Assembly (NCBI GenBank): GCA_030390025.1
Contig: JASTWF010000639.1
Location: 1 to 64,000 of the forward strand
Reading direction: 5' to 3'
DNA length: 64,000 nt
Origin: Squalus acanthias
Lineage: Eukaryota
The position numbers and the translations under genes are program-made. This document shows, in pieces, positions 25,215 to 38,300 of this stretch; the stretch's first letter is position 1, and the number at the start of each line of letters is the position of its first letter. Under the pieces are notes generated by a model, which saw only the letters and a list, made by a program, of their open reading frames with translations, ran no database searches and was not told where the DNA came from.

Positions 25215-27235
25215 ATATTTATCCAGCGCCTTTAACGTAGTAACACGTCCCAGGGCGCGTCCCAGGAGCGATTATCAAACAAAATTTGACACCAAGCCAC
25301 ATAAGGAGATATTAGGACAGGTGACCAAAAGCTTGGTCAAAGAGGTCGGTTTTAAGGAGCGTCTTAAAGGAGGAGAGAGAGGCGGAGAGGTTTAGGGAGG
25401 GAATTCCAGAGCTCGGGGCCCAGGCGGCTGAAGGCACGGCCGCCAATGGTGGAGCGATGGAAATCGGGGGGATGTTCAAGGGGCCAGAATTGGAGGAGCG
25501 CAGAGATCTGGGAGGGTTGTAGGGGGCTGAAGGAGGTTACAGAGATAGGGAGGGTTGTAGGGGCTGGAGGAGGTTACAGAGATAGGGAGGGTTGTAGGGG
25601 CTGGAGGATGTTACAGAGATAGGGAGGGTTGTAGGGGGCTGGAGGAGGTTACAGAGATAGAGAGGGTTGTAGGGGGCTGGAGGAGGTTACAGAGATAGGG
25701 AGGGTTGTAGGGGCTGAAGGAGGTTACAGAGATAGGGAGGGTTGTAGGGGCTGGAGGATGTTACAGAGATAGGGAGGGTTGTAGGGGGCTGGAGGAGGTT
25801 ACAGAGATAGAGAGGGTTGTAGGGGGCTGGAGGAGGTTACAGAGATAGGGAGGGTTGTAGGGGGTGAAGGAGGTTACAGAGATAGGGAGGGTTGTAGGGG
25901 CTGAAGGAGGTTACAGAGATAGGGAGGGTTGTAGGGGCTGGAGGAGGTTACAGAGATAGGGAGGGTTGTAGGGGGCTGGAGGAAGTTACAGAGATAGGGA
26001 GGGTTGTAGGGGCTGGAGGAGGTTATAGAAATAGGGAGGGTTGTAGGGGCTGGAGGAGGTTACAGAGATAGGGAGGGTTGTAGGGGGCTGGAGGAGGTTA
26101 CAGAGATAGGGAGGGTTGTAGGGGCTGGAGGAGGTTACAGAGATAGGGAGGGTTGTAGGGGGCTGGAGGAGGTTACAGAGATAGGGAGGGTTGTAGGGGG
26201 TTGGAGGAGGTTACAGAGATAGGGAGGGTTGTAGGGGCTGGAGGAGGTTACAGAGATAGGGAGGGGTGTAGGGGGCTGGAGGAGGTGACAGAGATAGGGA
26301 GGGTTGTAGGGGCTGGAGGAGGTTACAGAGATAGGGATCGTTGTAGGGGGTTGGAGGAGGTTACAGAGATAGGGAGGGTTGTAGGGGGTTGGAGGAGGTT
26401 ACAGAGATAGGGAGGGTTGTAGGGGCTGGAAGAGGCTACAGAGATAGGGAAGGTTGTAGGGGCTGGAGGAGGTTACAGAGATAGGGAGGGTTGTAGGGGC
26501 TGGAGGAGGTTACAGCGATAGGGAGGGTTGTAGAGGCTGGAGGAGGTTACAGAGATAGGGAGGGTTGTAGGGGCTGGAGGAGGTGACAGAGATAGGGAGG
26601 GTTGTAGGGGCTGGAGGAGGTTACAGAGATAGGGAGGGTTGTAGGGGGTTGGAGGAGGTTACAGAGATAGGGAGGGTTGTAGGGGCTGGAAGAGGCTACA
26701 GAGATAGGGAGGGTTGTAGGGGCTGGAAGAGGCTACAGAGATAGGGAGGGTTGTAGGGGCTGGAGGAGGTTACAGAGATAGGGAGGGTTGTAGGGGGCTG
26801 GAGGAGGTAACAGAGAGAGGGAGGGTTGTAGAGGCTGGAGGAGGTTACAGAGATAGGGAGGTTTGTAGGGGGCTGGAGGAGGTTACAGAGATAGGGAGGG
26901 TTGTAGGGGCTGGAGGAGGTTACAGAGATAGGGAGGGTTGTAGGGGCTGGAGGAGGTTACAGAGCTAGGGAGGGTTGTAGGGGGCTGGAGGAGGTTACAG
27001 AGATAGGGAGGGTTGTAGGGGGCTGGAGGAGGTTACAGAGATAGGGAGGGTTGTAGGGGGCTGGAGGAGGTTACAGAGATAGGGAGGGCGGCGAGGAGGC
27101 CGTGGAGGGATTTGAAAACGAGGATGAGAATTTTAAAATCGAGGCGTTGCCGGACCGGGAGCCAGTGTAGGTCAGCGAGCAACAGGGAGGGTGATGGGTG
27201 AACGGGAGTCGGTGCGAGTTAGGACACGGGGACAG
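25215..27235 (-). mobile_element. L2 fragment with 37-bp array (about 25510-27087)
   Basis: Same structure as the other L2 copies. Confidence 0.85.
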
Positions 27236-27296
27236 AACGGTTCTGGATCAGCTCAAAGGCGGGAGATTCCGATAACAGTTCATCTTCTTTACTCAC

Positions 27297-27560
27297 GTAT
27301 CTTTAGAAGGCTGTGGAGTCCATGACGGGAGAGCTCAACGCACTGAATCCCGCAGTCACTCTGGAGATCGAGGCGGTTATTGGGTCACAGGAGGGACAGC
27401 GAGGAACCCGTGGAAGATCTTGGCGCCCTCAAATGCATCACAGAGCCTGAGAGAGAGGACAAGCGACCGAGGGACACTGGGAAAAGGGAACATTCCGTGA
27501 GACACAATGTGATCCGTACTGGCTCGCCCTTCTGCGGGAATCTTCAAACACAGAAGTTCC
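27297..27560 (-). other. Candidate non-coding first exon of gene A (5' end uncertain)
   Basis: Strong donor AC|gtgagt at 27297/27296 in unique sequence upstream of the signal exon, which has its own acceptor and therefore needs an upstream exon. Confidence 0.5.
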
Positions 27561-27745
27561 TGTCACGCTCCAACACTCAACGGTTCCGCACACACCGAGG
27601 TCCCTTCGCCACTGCCCACTGACGTTTCCTGTCGCGGTGTGTACACTACAGGATCAGGATGTGAGCATTTCCTCTGAAGTTCCTGGTTCTATTGCAGGCT
27701 CTGTGACTGTAAGGCGATGAAGTCATGTTCTTCACTTCCAAAAGT
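27545..27745 (-). promoter_or_regulatory. Candidate TATA-less promoter of gene A with clustered ETS/PU.1-like GGAA cores
   Basis: Several ttcctg / tttcctc / cacttcc motifs within about 200 bp of unique sequence just upstream of the candidate first exon. Confidence 0.3.
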
Positions 27746-27809
27746 GATTGTTCAATTGTCTCTTTGTTAATGTGCGCCCCCCCCCCCAACCCCCCACCAC
27801 CCCGAGTGA

Positions 27810-30800
27810 CAGAGAGAGAGAGAGAGAGACCAGGAGAGAGAGAAACCGTGAGAGAGAGAGAGAGACGGAGAGAGTTAGAGAGACACAGAGAGGGAGACAC
27901 TGAGAGAGAGAGAGAGCATGAGAAAGAGAGAGAGACCAAGAGAGAGAGAAACCGTGAGAGAGAGAGAGAGACGGAGAGAGTTAGAGAGACACTNNNNNNN
28001 NNNNNNNNNNNNNNNNNNNNNNNNNNNNNNNNNNNNNNNNNNNNNNNNNNNNNNNNNNNNNNNNNNNNNNNNNNNNNNNNNNNNNNNNNNNNNNNNNNNN
28101 NNNNNNNNNNNNNNNNNNNNNNNNNNNNNNNNNNNNNNNNNNNNNNNNNNNNNNNNNNNNNNNNNNNNNNNNNNNNNNNNNNNNNNNNNNNNNNNNNNNN
28201 NNNNNNNNNNNNNNNNNNNNNNNNNNNNNNNNNNNNNNNNNNNNNNNNNNNNNNNNNNNNNNNNNNNNNNNNNNNNNNNNNNNNNNNNNNNNNNNNNNNN
28301 NNNNNNNNNNNNNNNNNNNNNNNNNNNNNNNNNNNNNNNNNNNNNNNNNNNNNNNNNNNNNNNNNNNNNNNNNNNNNNNNNNNNNNNNNNNNNNNNNNNN
28401 NNNNNNNNNNNNNNNNNNNNNNNNNNNNNNNNNNNNNNNNNNNNNNNNNNNNNNNNNNNNNNNNNNNNNNNNNNNNNNNNNNNNNNNNNNNNNNNNNNNN
28501 NNNNNNNNNNNNNNNNNNNNNNNNNNNNNNNNNNNNNNNNNNNNNNNNNNNNNNNNNNNNNNNNNNNNNNNNNNNNNNNNNNNNNNNNNNNNNNNNNNNN
28601 NNNNNNNNNNNNNNNNNNNNNNNNNNNNNNNNNNNNNNNNNNNNNNNNNNNNNNNNNNNNNNNNNNNNNNNNNNNNNNNNNNNNNNNNNNNNNNNNNNNN
28701 NNNNNNNNNNNNNNNNNNNNNNNNNNNNNNNNNNNNNNNNTCTTGTGGTAAAGGGGCCTTTAGGGATAAGTGACCATAATATGATTGAATTTTACATTAA
28801 GTTTGAGAGTGATGTAGTCCAATCTGAAACTAAGGTCTTCAATCTAAACAGAGGAAACTACAAGGGTATGAGGGACAAGTTGGCCATGGTAGATTGGGAG
28901 ACTACACTGAAAGGTATGAAGGTGGACATACAATGGCTAACATTCAAGGAAATAATGCATAATTTGCAACAAACATATATTCCTCTGGGGCATAAAAACC
29001 CAAAAGGAAAAGTGATCCAACCACGGCTAACAAAAGAAATTAAAGCTAGTATTAACTCAAAGGAGGAAGCTTATAAAGTTGCCAGAAAAAGCGGTCAGCC
29101 TGAGGATTGGAATCTTTTTAGAAATCAGCAAAGGGGGACCAAGAAATTGATAAAGAAAGGGAAAATGGAATATGAGCACAAACTAGCGAAAAATATAAAA
29201 ATGGATTGTAAAAGCTTCTATAGGTATGTGAAAAGGAAAAGTCTGGCGAAGGTAAATGTAGGTCCTTTACAGTCAGAGACGGGAGAATTTATAATGGGGA
29301 ATGAGGAAATGGCAGTGAAATTAAATAAATACTTTGTTTCTGTCTTCACGGAGGAAGACACAAAAAACCTCCCAGAAATACGAGAAAACCAAGGGTGTGG
29401 CGAGAATGAGGAACTTAAAGAAATTATTATTAGTAAAAAAAACAGTACTAGCAAAATTAATGGGACTAAAAGTCGATAAATCTCAAGGACCGGATGACCT
29501 ACATCCTAGAGTTTTGAAAGAGGTGGCCATTGCGATAGTGGACGCATTGGTTGTCATCTTCCAAAATTCTATAGATTCTGGAACAGTTCCTGCAGATTGG
29601 AGGATAGCAAATGTAACCCCACTACTTAAGAAAGGAGGGAGAGAGAAAATGGGGAACTACAGACCTGTTAGCCTCACATCAGTAGTTGGGAAAATGCTGG
29701 AATCTATTATAAAGGATGCAATAACTGGGCACTTAGAAACTAATAGTAATATTGGGCAGAGTCAACATGGATTTATGAAAGGGAAGTCCTGTTTGACAAA
29801 CCTATTGGAGTTCTTTGAGGATGTAACTAGTGGAGTAGACAAAGGGGAACTGGTAGATGTGGTGTATTTGGATTTTCAGAATGCCTTCGCTAAGGTCCCA
29901 CACAAGAGGTTGGTGAACAAAATTAGGGCACATGGAATTGGGGGTAATATACTAGCATGGATTGAGAATTGGTTAACAGACAGAAAACAAAGAGTAGGGA
30001 TAAACGGGTCTTTTTCAGGATGGCAGGCTGTGACTAGTGGGGTACTGCAAGGATCGGTGCTTGGGCCCCAGCTATTCACAATCTATATCAATGATTTGGA
30101 TGAGGGGACTAAATGTAACATTTCCAAATTTGCTGATGACACAAAGCTAGGTGGCAGTGTCAGTTGTGAAGAGGATGTGAAGAGGCTTCAAGGGGATCTC
30201 GACAGGCTCAGTGAGTGGGCAAAATCATGGCAGATGGATTATAATGTGGATAAATGTGAAGTTATCCACTTTGGTAGAAAAAACAGAAAGGCAGAGTATT
30301 TCCTAAATGGTGAAAGATTGGGGAATGCAGATGCTCAAAGGGACCTGGGTGTCCTTGTACATGAGTCACTGAAAGTGAATGTGCAGGTGCAGCAAGCCAT
30401 TAGGAAGGCAAATGGTATGCTGGCCTTCATTACAAGAGGATTTGAGTACAGGAGTAAAGAAGTCTTACTCCAATTATATAGGGCCTTGGTGAGACCACAC
30501 CTGGAGTACTGTGTACAATTTTGGTCTCCTTACCTAAGGAAGGATGTACTTGCCATAGAGGGAGTGCAACGAAGGTTCACGAGATTGATTCCTGGGATGG
30601 CGGGACTGTCATATGAGAAGAGATTGAGTAAACTAGGCCTGTATTCTCTTGAATTCAGAAGAATGAGAGGGTATCTCATTGAAGCATACAAAATGATTAC
30701 AAGGCTTGATAGGGTGGATGCTGGGAGAATGTTTCCCTTGGCTGGGGAGTCTAGAACCAGGGGCCACAGCCTCACGATAAAGGGTAGGCTATTCAGGACT

Positions 30801-31960
30801 GAGATGAGAAGAAATTTCTTCACACAGAGGGCGGTGAATCTTTGGAATTCTCTACCCCAGAGGGTTGTGGAGGCTCAGTCATTGGGGATATTCAAAACAG
30901 AAGTCGATAGATTTCTGACTAGTAAGGGCATCAAGGGATATGGCGATAGGGCCGGTGAATGGAGTTGAGGCAGAAGATCAGCCATGATCTCATTGAATGG
31001 CGGAGCAGGCTCGAAGGGCCGAATGGCCGACTCCTGCTCCTCTTTCTTATGTTCTTATGTTCTTATGACAGAGAGAGAGAGAGACCAGAAAGACAGNNNN
31101 NNNNNNNNNNNNNNNNNNNNNNNNNNNNNNNNNNNNNNNNNNNNNNNNNNNNNNNNNNNNNNNNNNNNNNNNNNNNNNNNNNNNNNNNNNNNNNNNNNNN
31201 NNNNNNNNNNNNNNNNNNNNNNNNNNNNNNNNNNNNNNNNNNNNNNNNNNNNNNNNNNNNNNNNNNNNNNNNNNNNNNNNNNNNNNNNNGAGCGAGATAA
31301 AGANNNNNNNNNNNNNNNNNNNNNNNNNNNNNNNNNNNNNNNNNNNNNNNNNNNNNNNNNNNNNNNNNNNNNNNNNNNNNNNNNNNNNNNNNNNNNNNNN
31401 NNNNNNNNNNNNNNNNNNNNNNNNNNNNNNNNNNNNNNNNNNNNNNNNNNNNNNNNNNNNNNNNNNNNNNNNNNNNNNNNNNNNNNNNNNNNNNNNNNNN
31501 NNNNNNNNNNNNNNNNGAGAGACAGCGAGAAGTAGACAGACAGACAGACAGAGACAGAGAGACAGAGACAGACAAACAGAAATAGGCTCAAGGAGACAGA
31601 AAGACAGGCAGACAGAGANNNNNNNNNNNNNNNNNNNNNNNNNNNNNNNNNNNNNNNNNNNNNNNNNNNNNNNNNNNNNNNNNNNNNNNNNNNNNNNNNN
31701 NNNNNNNNNNNNNNNNNNNNNNNNNNNNNNNNNNNNNNNNNNNNNNNNNNNNNNNNNNNNNNNNNNNNNNNNNNNNNNNNNNNNNNNNNNNNNNNNNNNN
31801 NNNNNNNNNNNNNNNNNNNNNNNNNNNNNNNNNNNNNNNNNNNNNNNNNNNNNNNNNNNNNNNNNNNNNNNNNNNNNNNNNNNNNNNNNNNNNNNNNNNN
31901 NNNNNNNNNNNNNNNNNNNNNNNNNNNNNNNNNNNNNNTGAGATAGAGAGAGAGAGAGAG
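27810..31960. repeat. GA-rich low-complexity region with N gaps, hosting a CR1
   Basis: (GA)n-type sequence flanks every N block. Confidence 0.7.
28741..31067 (+). mobile_element. CR1 LINE ORF2 (RT domain), 5' end lost in the gap
   Basis: Two long overlapping frames joined by one frameshift at an A-run near 29440; FADD motif; (ttcttatg)3 tail. Confidence 0.95.
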
Positions 31961-32585
31961 TGCACGCGGCCCCAGTGAGTACAGAACTGGGAGTGAGACA
32001 CACTGTCTGCTCCCTTCCACACAGACCCGGTCACGTCCTGAATGCAGGAAGACAGACAGGACCCCTCCCATTGCTCGTTGCCGGATCTGTCAGCCCCTGC
32101 ACGGCAGCACATGGGCCGTGCCTGGGAGTGGGAGCCCTGGTCTACCCCTCGCCCTTCACAGACTGGGGTTTAACCCCGCCAGACACACACACACACACAC
32201 ACACACACACGCCCTGTGGATACCGCGTCCCGGCTCCAGCTTCCTGTGAAGCTGATGTCCTCGTACCTTCAGCCTGCTACTCGGACGGACTTCAATATCA
32301 AAACACACAAGGCTGACATTGGGAGAGCGGGCACCGAAATCCACGGGAACGAGTCAGGCGATGGGACACAGTGGGATGCGAGCGCGATTCGGAGAAACTG
32401 TCCCCATCTGCTCCAATACATCACAGCGAAAGGAGATTTTAAACCTGGACTCCCGCTCCCCCAGCACCTCAGCAACAGCAACAGCGTGCATTTATATAGC
32501 GCCTTTAACGTAGCAAAACGTCACAGGGTGCTTCACAGGGGAGAAAATGATGGGCTTGGGTGCGGCGTGAATGGACACGGGGTTG

Positions 32586-33331
32586 GGGTGGGGGAAATTC
32601 GGTCGGTTGGCTAGCAACATAGCGCCCAAGCGCGGCGAATTTAGCGCCGCTCGCGAAACTGACCAGTCGTTTTGCGGCGGTGCCGCGTGCTACCGCCACG
32701 ACCTCCTGCGCCCGCAGATCGTGACGTCGGTCCAACGTGCAACGCCCCGGTGGCGCCCCGGACCAGATATTGAGTAACGCGCGCCCCCCCCTGCCTTTCC
32801 GCCTGGCGCTAGGAACGACGGGTAGAGGGGGAAGGTTTTTTGCAGTCTGGAAAGGGGCCGGGGGAGCGCTCTTTAAAGGCGGGCACTTCCTGCCATTCCT
32901 TGTCGGCAAAATTTGGGGTTTTGAACGCTGTGCTGGGGAGTTTTGGCCCTTTCCCTGGGCCTGTCCATTAGTGCTTCCAACACAACTGCTTTCGAGGTCT
33001 CTCCAGGCCGAGATTCAAGGCTGCAATGAGCAGGGTGTGGCTGGCCAGCAAGATGCCCCCCACCCCTTTAAGAACTGGACGGCGCCAGTCTGTCTGGCTT
33101 CCATGGTAACTGACATCGCCTGAGCTTCGGTAGTGTTCTGAGGATGCGTCTCATTCCCTGACGTTAGCCTCTTAAGAGAGGTGTGCAGCGCCTGATTTAG
33201 CGCTCAAATCACCTCCAGGGGGCGATAGAGGCCAATTTTGCAGTCGGAGGCGATAATTAGCGCCGGGCGCTAAACTTTGCGCCCGGCCGATATTAGCGCC
33301 CAAAAATGGGCGATACCCAATTTTTCCACCC
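32586..33331. mobile_element. CpG-rich MITE, PIF/Harbinger-like
   Basis: Imperfect terminal inverted repeats GGGTGG..AAATT.GG; homologous in inverted orientation to 46946-47842. Confidence 0.6.
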
Positions 33332-33602
33332 AGGGAAACTCACATTACTTCGGACTGGTTACAGAGCAAGATTAGGATTCAAGCCATGGTGCCTGCCTGC
33401 AAACACACCTTGCCACTTCACCAAAGTTCTGTTACAAATGAAGAAATCTTTCCCCTTGGTTGTCCCATTTGTTTTTCCTTGGCTCACAGAATTCCCTGCT
33501 AATTATTTTCACTGAAGCAGTGCAGGCTTGCTGGGATGTGACTATCTTGAAAATGTAGTGGGACATGAGTTGGTCCGAACCTAAACTGGTCAATCTATGT
33601 TA

Positions 33603-35577
33603 CAGCGCCGCACTGTGGGAGGGACAGTACTGAGGGAGCGCCGCACTGTCAGAGGGGCAGTACTGAGGGAGTGCTGCACTGTCGGAGGGGCAGTACTGAG
33701 GGAGCGCCGCACTGTCGGAGAGGCAGAACTGAGGGAGCACCGCACTGTCGGAGCGCCGCACTGTCGGAGGGGCAGTACTGAGGGAGCGCCGCACTGTGGG
33801 AGGGACAGTACTGAGGGAGCGCCGCACTGTCAGAGGGGCAGTACTGAGGGAGCGCCGCACTGTGGGAGGGACAGTACTGAGGGAGCGCCGCACTGTGGGA
33901 GGGACAGTACTGAGGGAGCGCCGCACTGTCAGAGGGGCAGTACTGAGGGAGCGCCGCACTGTCGGAGGGGCAGTACTGAGGGAGCGCCGCACTGTCGGAG
34001 GGACAGTACTGAGGGAGCGCCGCACTGTCGGAGGGGCAGTACTGAGGGAGCGCCGCACTGTCGGAGGGACAGTACTGAGGGAGCGCCGCACTGTCAGAGG
34101 GGCAGTACTGAGGGAGCGCCGCACTGTCGGAGGGGCAGTACTGAGGGAGCGCCGCACTGTCAGAGGGGCAGTACTGAGGGAGTGCCGCACTGTCGGAGGG
34201 GCAGTACTGAGGGAGCGCCGCACTGTCGGAGGGGCAGTACTGAGGGAGCGCCGCACTGTCGGAGGGGCGGTACTGAGGGAGTGCCGCACTGTCGGAGGGG
34301 CAGTACTGAGGGAGCGCCGCACTGTCGGAGGGGCAGTACTGAGGGAGCACCGCACTGTCGGAGGGTCAGTACTGAGGGAGCGCCGCACTGTCGGAGGTGC
34401 TGTACTAAGGGAGCGCCGCACTGTCGGAGGGGCGGTACTGAGGGAGCGCCGCACTGTCGAAGGTGCAGTACAGAGGGAGCGCTGCACTGTCGGAAGGGCA
34501 GTACTGAGGGAACGCCGCACTGTCGGAGGGGCAGTACTGAGGGAGCACCGCACTGTCGGAGGGGCAGTACTGAGGGAGCGCCGCACTGTCGGAGGGACAG
34601 TACTGAGGGAGCGCCGCACTGTCGGAGGGGCAGTACTGAGGGAGCGCCGCACTGTCGGAGGGGTGGTACTGAGGGAGCACCGCACTGTCGGAGGGGCAGT
34701 ACTGAGGGAGCGCCACACTGTCGGAGGGGCAGTACTGAGGGAGCGCCTCACTGTCGGAGGGGCAGTACTGAGGGAGTGCTACACTGTCGGAGGGGCAGTA
34801 CTGAGGGAGCAACGAAATGTCGGAGAGGCAGTACTGAGGGAGCGCCGCACTGTCGGAAGGGCAGTACTGAGGGAGCAACGAAATGTCGGAGAGGCAGTAC
34901 TGAGGGAGCGCCGCACTGTTGGAAGGGCAGTACTGAGGGAGTGCTGCACTGTCGGAGGGGCAGTACTGAGGGAGTGCTGCACTGTCGGAGGGGCAGTACT
35001 GAGGGAGCACCGCACTGTCGGAGGGGCAGTACTGAGGGAGCGCCGCACTGTCGGAGGGGCAGTACTGAGGGAGTGCTGCACTGTCGGAGGGGCAGTACTG
35101 AGGGAGCGCCGCACTGTCGGAGAGGCAGAACTGAGGGAGCACCGCACTGTCGGAGCGCCGCACTGTCGGAGGGGCAGTACTGAGGGAGCGCCGCACTGTC
35201 GGAGGGGCAGTACTGAGGGAGCGCAGCACTGTCAGAGGTGCTGTCTTTCAGATGAGACGTTAAACTGAGGCCCCATCTGCCCTCTCAGGTGGATGTAAAA
35301 GATCCCTCGGCCACTATTGGAAGAAGAGCAGGGGGGGAGTTCTCCCCGGTGTCCTGGGGCCAAATATTTATCCCTCAACCAACATCACTAAAAAAACAGA
35401 TGATCTGGGTCATTATCACATTGCTGTTTGTGGGAGCTTGCTGTGCGCAATTTTGGCTGCCGCGTTTCCCACATCACAACAGCGACCACACTTCAGAACA
35501 AGTCTTTCATTGGCTGTGGAGAGCTTTGGGACGTCCTGAGGTGGTGAAAGGCGCTGGAGAAATGCGAGATCTTTCTT
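33603..35577 (+). mobile_element. Deu-domain SINE with about 1.6-kb 33-bp array
   Basis: Array runs directly into gtgctgtctttcagatgagacgttaaac and an L2-like tail. Confidence 0.8.
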
Positions 35578-35779
35578 TACTGATCATGCCGGGGTGGTTC
35601 CAGAAGTTCGGGGGTTCAAGTCCCAGGACCTGGGCTTCAGGAGGTTATCTCCGATCCCCAAGGCAGCCTCCTGTTCCCGTTTCAGAGCAGCGGAACAGGC
35701 TGTGTCAGCGCTAATCTCTGAGAGTGACAGCGAGAGATTCTCTTTCTCCTAATCCAGCCCTCCGTCCTGTCTCACACAG

Positions 35780-35819
35780 CTGCACGGCCAGTCGAGGGAG
35801 CAGCCCTTGTTGAACGCGG
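35780..35819 (+). other. Candidate non-coding upstream exon of gene B (start uncertain)
   Basis: Consensus donor GG|gtaagt at 35819/35820 in unique sequence; possible acceptor ctcacacag ending 35779. Confidence 0.45.
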
Positions 35820-35944
35820 GTAAGTCAAACCAGAGAATCATTTCCCTTCAGATACTGTGGGGTTTTTTTAATCTTTACCAGCACTGCCTGCACAAGGAGA
35901 CAAGGTTGTGGCTTCGAGTCCAACTCTAGAAGTTAGGCACATAA

Positions 35945-36300
35945 TCGGTGTTCAAAATCATGAGGTGTTTTGATGGAGTAAATAAGGAGAAACTGTGTCC
36001 AGTGGCAGGAGGGTCGGTAACCAGAGGACACAGATTGAAGATAATCGGTAAAAGAACCAGAGGGGGAGATGAGGAGAATTGTTTTTCCGCGGCGAGTTGT
36101 TGTGATCTGGAACGCGCTGCCTGAAAGGGCGGTGGAAGCAGATTCAATAGTAACTTTCAAAAGGGGGAATTGGATAAATACTTGAAGGGGAAAAATTCAC
36201 AGGGCTGTGGGGAAAGAGCAGGGGGGAGAGTGGGACTAATTGGAGAGCTCGTTCAAAGAGCTGGCACAGGCAGGATGGGCCGAATGGCCTCCTCCTGTGT
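35945..36300 (+). mobile_element. CR1 3' fragment
   Basis: accagaggacacagatt..gatctggaacgcgctgcctgaaagg..ggccgaatggcctcct. Confidence 0.8.
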
Positions 36301-36506
36301 GCTGGGTGATTCAATGATTGTATGAAATGAGTTCGGGAGGCCCAGCCCAGCTCTCTCAGACTGCGGGTCCACCACTGAAAGCTGCTGTGAAAGAATCCAC
36401 AGGTTTCGCACTCAATGGGACTCACTGCAAGGAACCCCATGGCCTGTTGTAAGGCAAACATCACATTGGGTCTGCTCCTCCGATGTTGGAGCAGCGTCAC
36501 ATTCTT

Positions 36507-36920
36507 GGGACAGTGTAGAGGGAGCTTTACTCTGTATCTAACCCGTGCTGTACCTGCCCTGGGAGTGTTTGATGGGGACAGTGTAGAGGGAGCTTTACTC
36601 TGTATCTAACCCCGTGCTGTACCTGCCCTGGGAGTGTTTGATGGGGACAGTGTAGAGGGAGCTTTACTCTGTATCTAACCCGTGCTGTACCTGCCCTGGG
36701 AGTGTTTGATGGGACAGTGTAGAGGGAGCTTTACTCTGTATCTAACCCGTGCTGTACCTGCCCTGGGAGTGTTTGATGGGACAGTGTAGAGGGAGCTTTA
36801 CTCTGTATCTAACCCCGTGCTGTACCTGCCCTGGGAGTGTTTGATGGGGACAGTGTAGAGGGAGCTTTACTCTGTATCTAACCCGTGCTGTACCTGCCCT
36901 GGGAGTGTTTGATGGGGCAG
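36507..36920. repeat. Short 67-bp-unit array
   Basis: Same unit as 2975-12803, about 6 copies. Confidence 0.9.
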
Positions 36921-37074
36921 TGGGTGTCTCAAATATCTAAGTGCTTTATTCCCAAAACTAGCATCGCTCACTTGGATGGGCACTGAATATGTTGGTAAAG
37001 GCCCCAGCGACTTAATTGCACAATCGACTTTCTCTTCCCTTTCAGAAGTTCCATTGAGTTCTATTGTTGGGACC

Positions 37075-37120
37075 ATGTCTAGGACTGAAATCGCTGCGTA
37101 TTTCCTGGCAATAGTCCAAG
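37075..37120 (+). CDS. Siglec-like gene B, signal-peptide exon (coding part; exon 37046-37120)
   Basis: Pyrimidine tract + ttcag acceptor, accATG, MSRTEIAAYFLAIVQ + G then gtaaga donor (phase 1). Joins the V exon as ..VQ-G-AWCLDW. Confidence 0.85.
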
Positions 37121-37379
37121 GTAAGAATGTGCCTCTCACTCTGACTGCGGTCATAAACGGTTGTTCAATCAATGTACAATTCCGAGGATCTAATCTTTTA
37201 TTTTGTTTTGTTGGTCCTCGGGGGTGCGGACGTCGCTGGCGAGTTCCAGCCTTTATTGCCCATTCCGAGTTACCCCCTGGAGAAGGTGGTGGTGAGCCGC
37301 CTTCTTGAACCGCTGCAGTCCGTGCGGTCAATTTTCCTTCTGTTTAAATGTTTTGTTTTTTTTGTTTTATTTTAGACTG

Positions 37380-38068
37380 CACCTGAAATTACTCAGCGCT
37401 TTGGGGCGATTGAACAAATCGACTGTAAAGCATTAAAACATTCGATAAAACTTAACAAACTAAGTTAGAATTTTGTTGGCCGGGGGTGATGATGCACTCC
37501 AGTCCCCGCGGCGCCCACCGGTCGCGGAAGGCCTCGAGCGCGCCGGCGGACACCGCGTGCTCCGTCTCCAGGGCCGCCCGGGCGCCAACATGGCCGCGGA
37601 AGAGAGGCCGGCAATCGGGCCGAACGACCCCCCCTCGACCGCCCGCTGCCTGGACCTGTTAGTGGCTATTTTCACCAGGCGCAGGAGCAGTCCCACGAGG
37701 AGGTCCTCCGACCTGCCATCTCCCCTCCGCACCGGGTGACCGAAGATCAGGAGCGTGGGACTGAAGCGCAGCCAAAAATCGAGGAGCAGCCCCTTTCCAA
37801 GAGTGAAAGAGGGGCTGCAACCTCTCGCATTGCGTGTAAACGTGGAACACGGGCTCCTCCAGGCCGCGGAAAAGGCAGGCGGCCTTGGGAGTCCGTGAAC
37901 CTGCTTAAAACCTTATTGCTCCGCGCAACACCCTCCAGGCCAAGTCCCCCGATAGAAAAAAGGGGAGGACTCCCGCGTAGAGAGCCCTCCATCGGGGACC
38001 TCCGCCGGATGGCAAGATGGCACGCCAAGGCCTGTCCGGGCGGCAGACGAAGATGGCAAAGTGGAGAG
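37380..38068 (-). mobile_element. Tx1/L1-clade LINE ORF2 3' fragment, frameshifted
   Basis: FHVYTQCERLQPLF (zinc-knuckle region), EDLLVGLLLRLVKIA, EHAVSAGALEAFRDRWAP across frames. Confidence 0.6.
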
Positions 38069-38069
38069 T

Positions 38070-38300
38070 GATGATGTGGAGATGCCGGTGTTGGACTGGG
38101 GTGGACAAATGTGAGAAGTCGCCCAACACCAGGTTATAGTCCAACAGTTTTATTTGAAATCACAAGCTTTCGGAGCGCTGCTCCTTCGTCAGGTGAAGTG
38201 AAGAGATGCATATAGGCAAGGCATATATAGTCAGAGAACACAGCCAGGTGATTACAGTTAATCTTTCCAACTGCCCTTTATCACACCTCGGCAGAGAGAT
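38070..38300 (-). mobile_element. Penelope-like terminal fragment, same family as 48153-48597
   Basis: Shares hammerhead motif, downstream GATTTCAAATAAAACTGTTGGACTATAACCTGGTGTTG and upstream CTATATATGC. Confidence 0.6.
38160..38196 (-). ncRNA. Minimal type I hammerhead ribozyme motif (Penelope-type)
   Basis: Minus strand TCAC-CTGACGA-A-GGAGC-AGC-GCTCC-GAAA-GCTT-GTGA. Confidence 0.7.

Noticed and set aside
28741-31067. Active autonomous CR1
   Set aside because: Frameshift near 29440 and 5' end hidden by an assembly gap; activity cannot be supported.
27725-32112. ORFs containing X runs
   Set aside because: They only read through N gaps and GA repeats.
33597-35268. Long ORFs (528, 490 and 383 aa) in the 33-bp array
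   Set aside because: The unit is a multiple of 3 and lacks stops in several frames on both strands; it is a SINE-internal minisatellite with no splice or start context.
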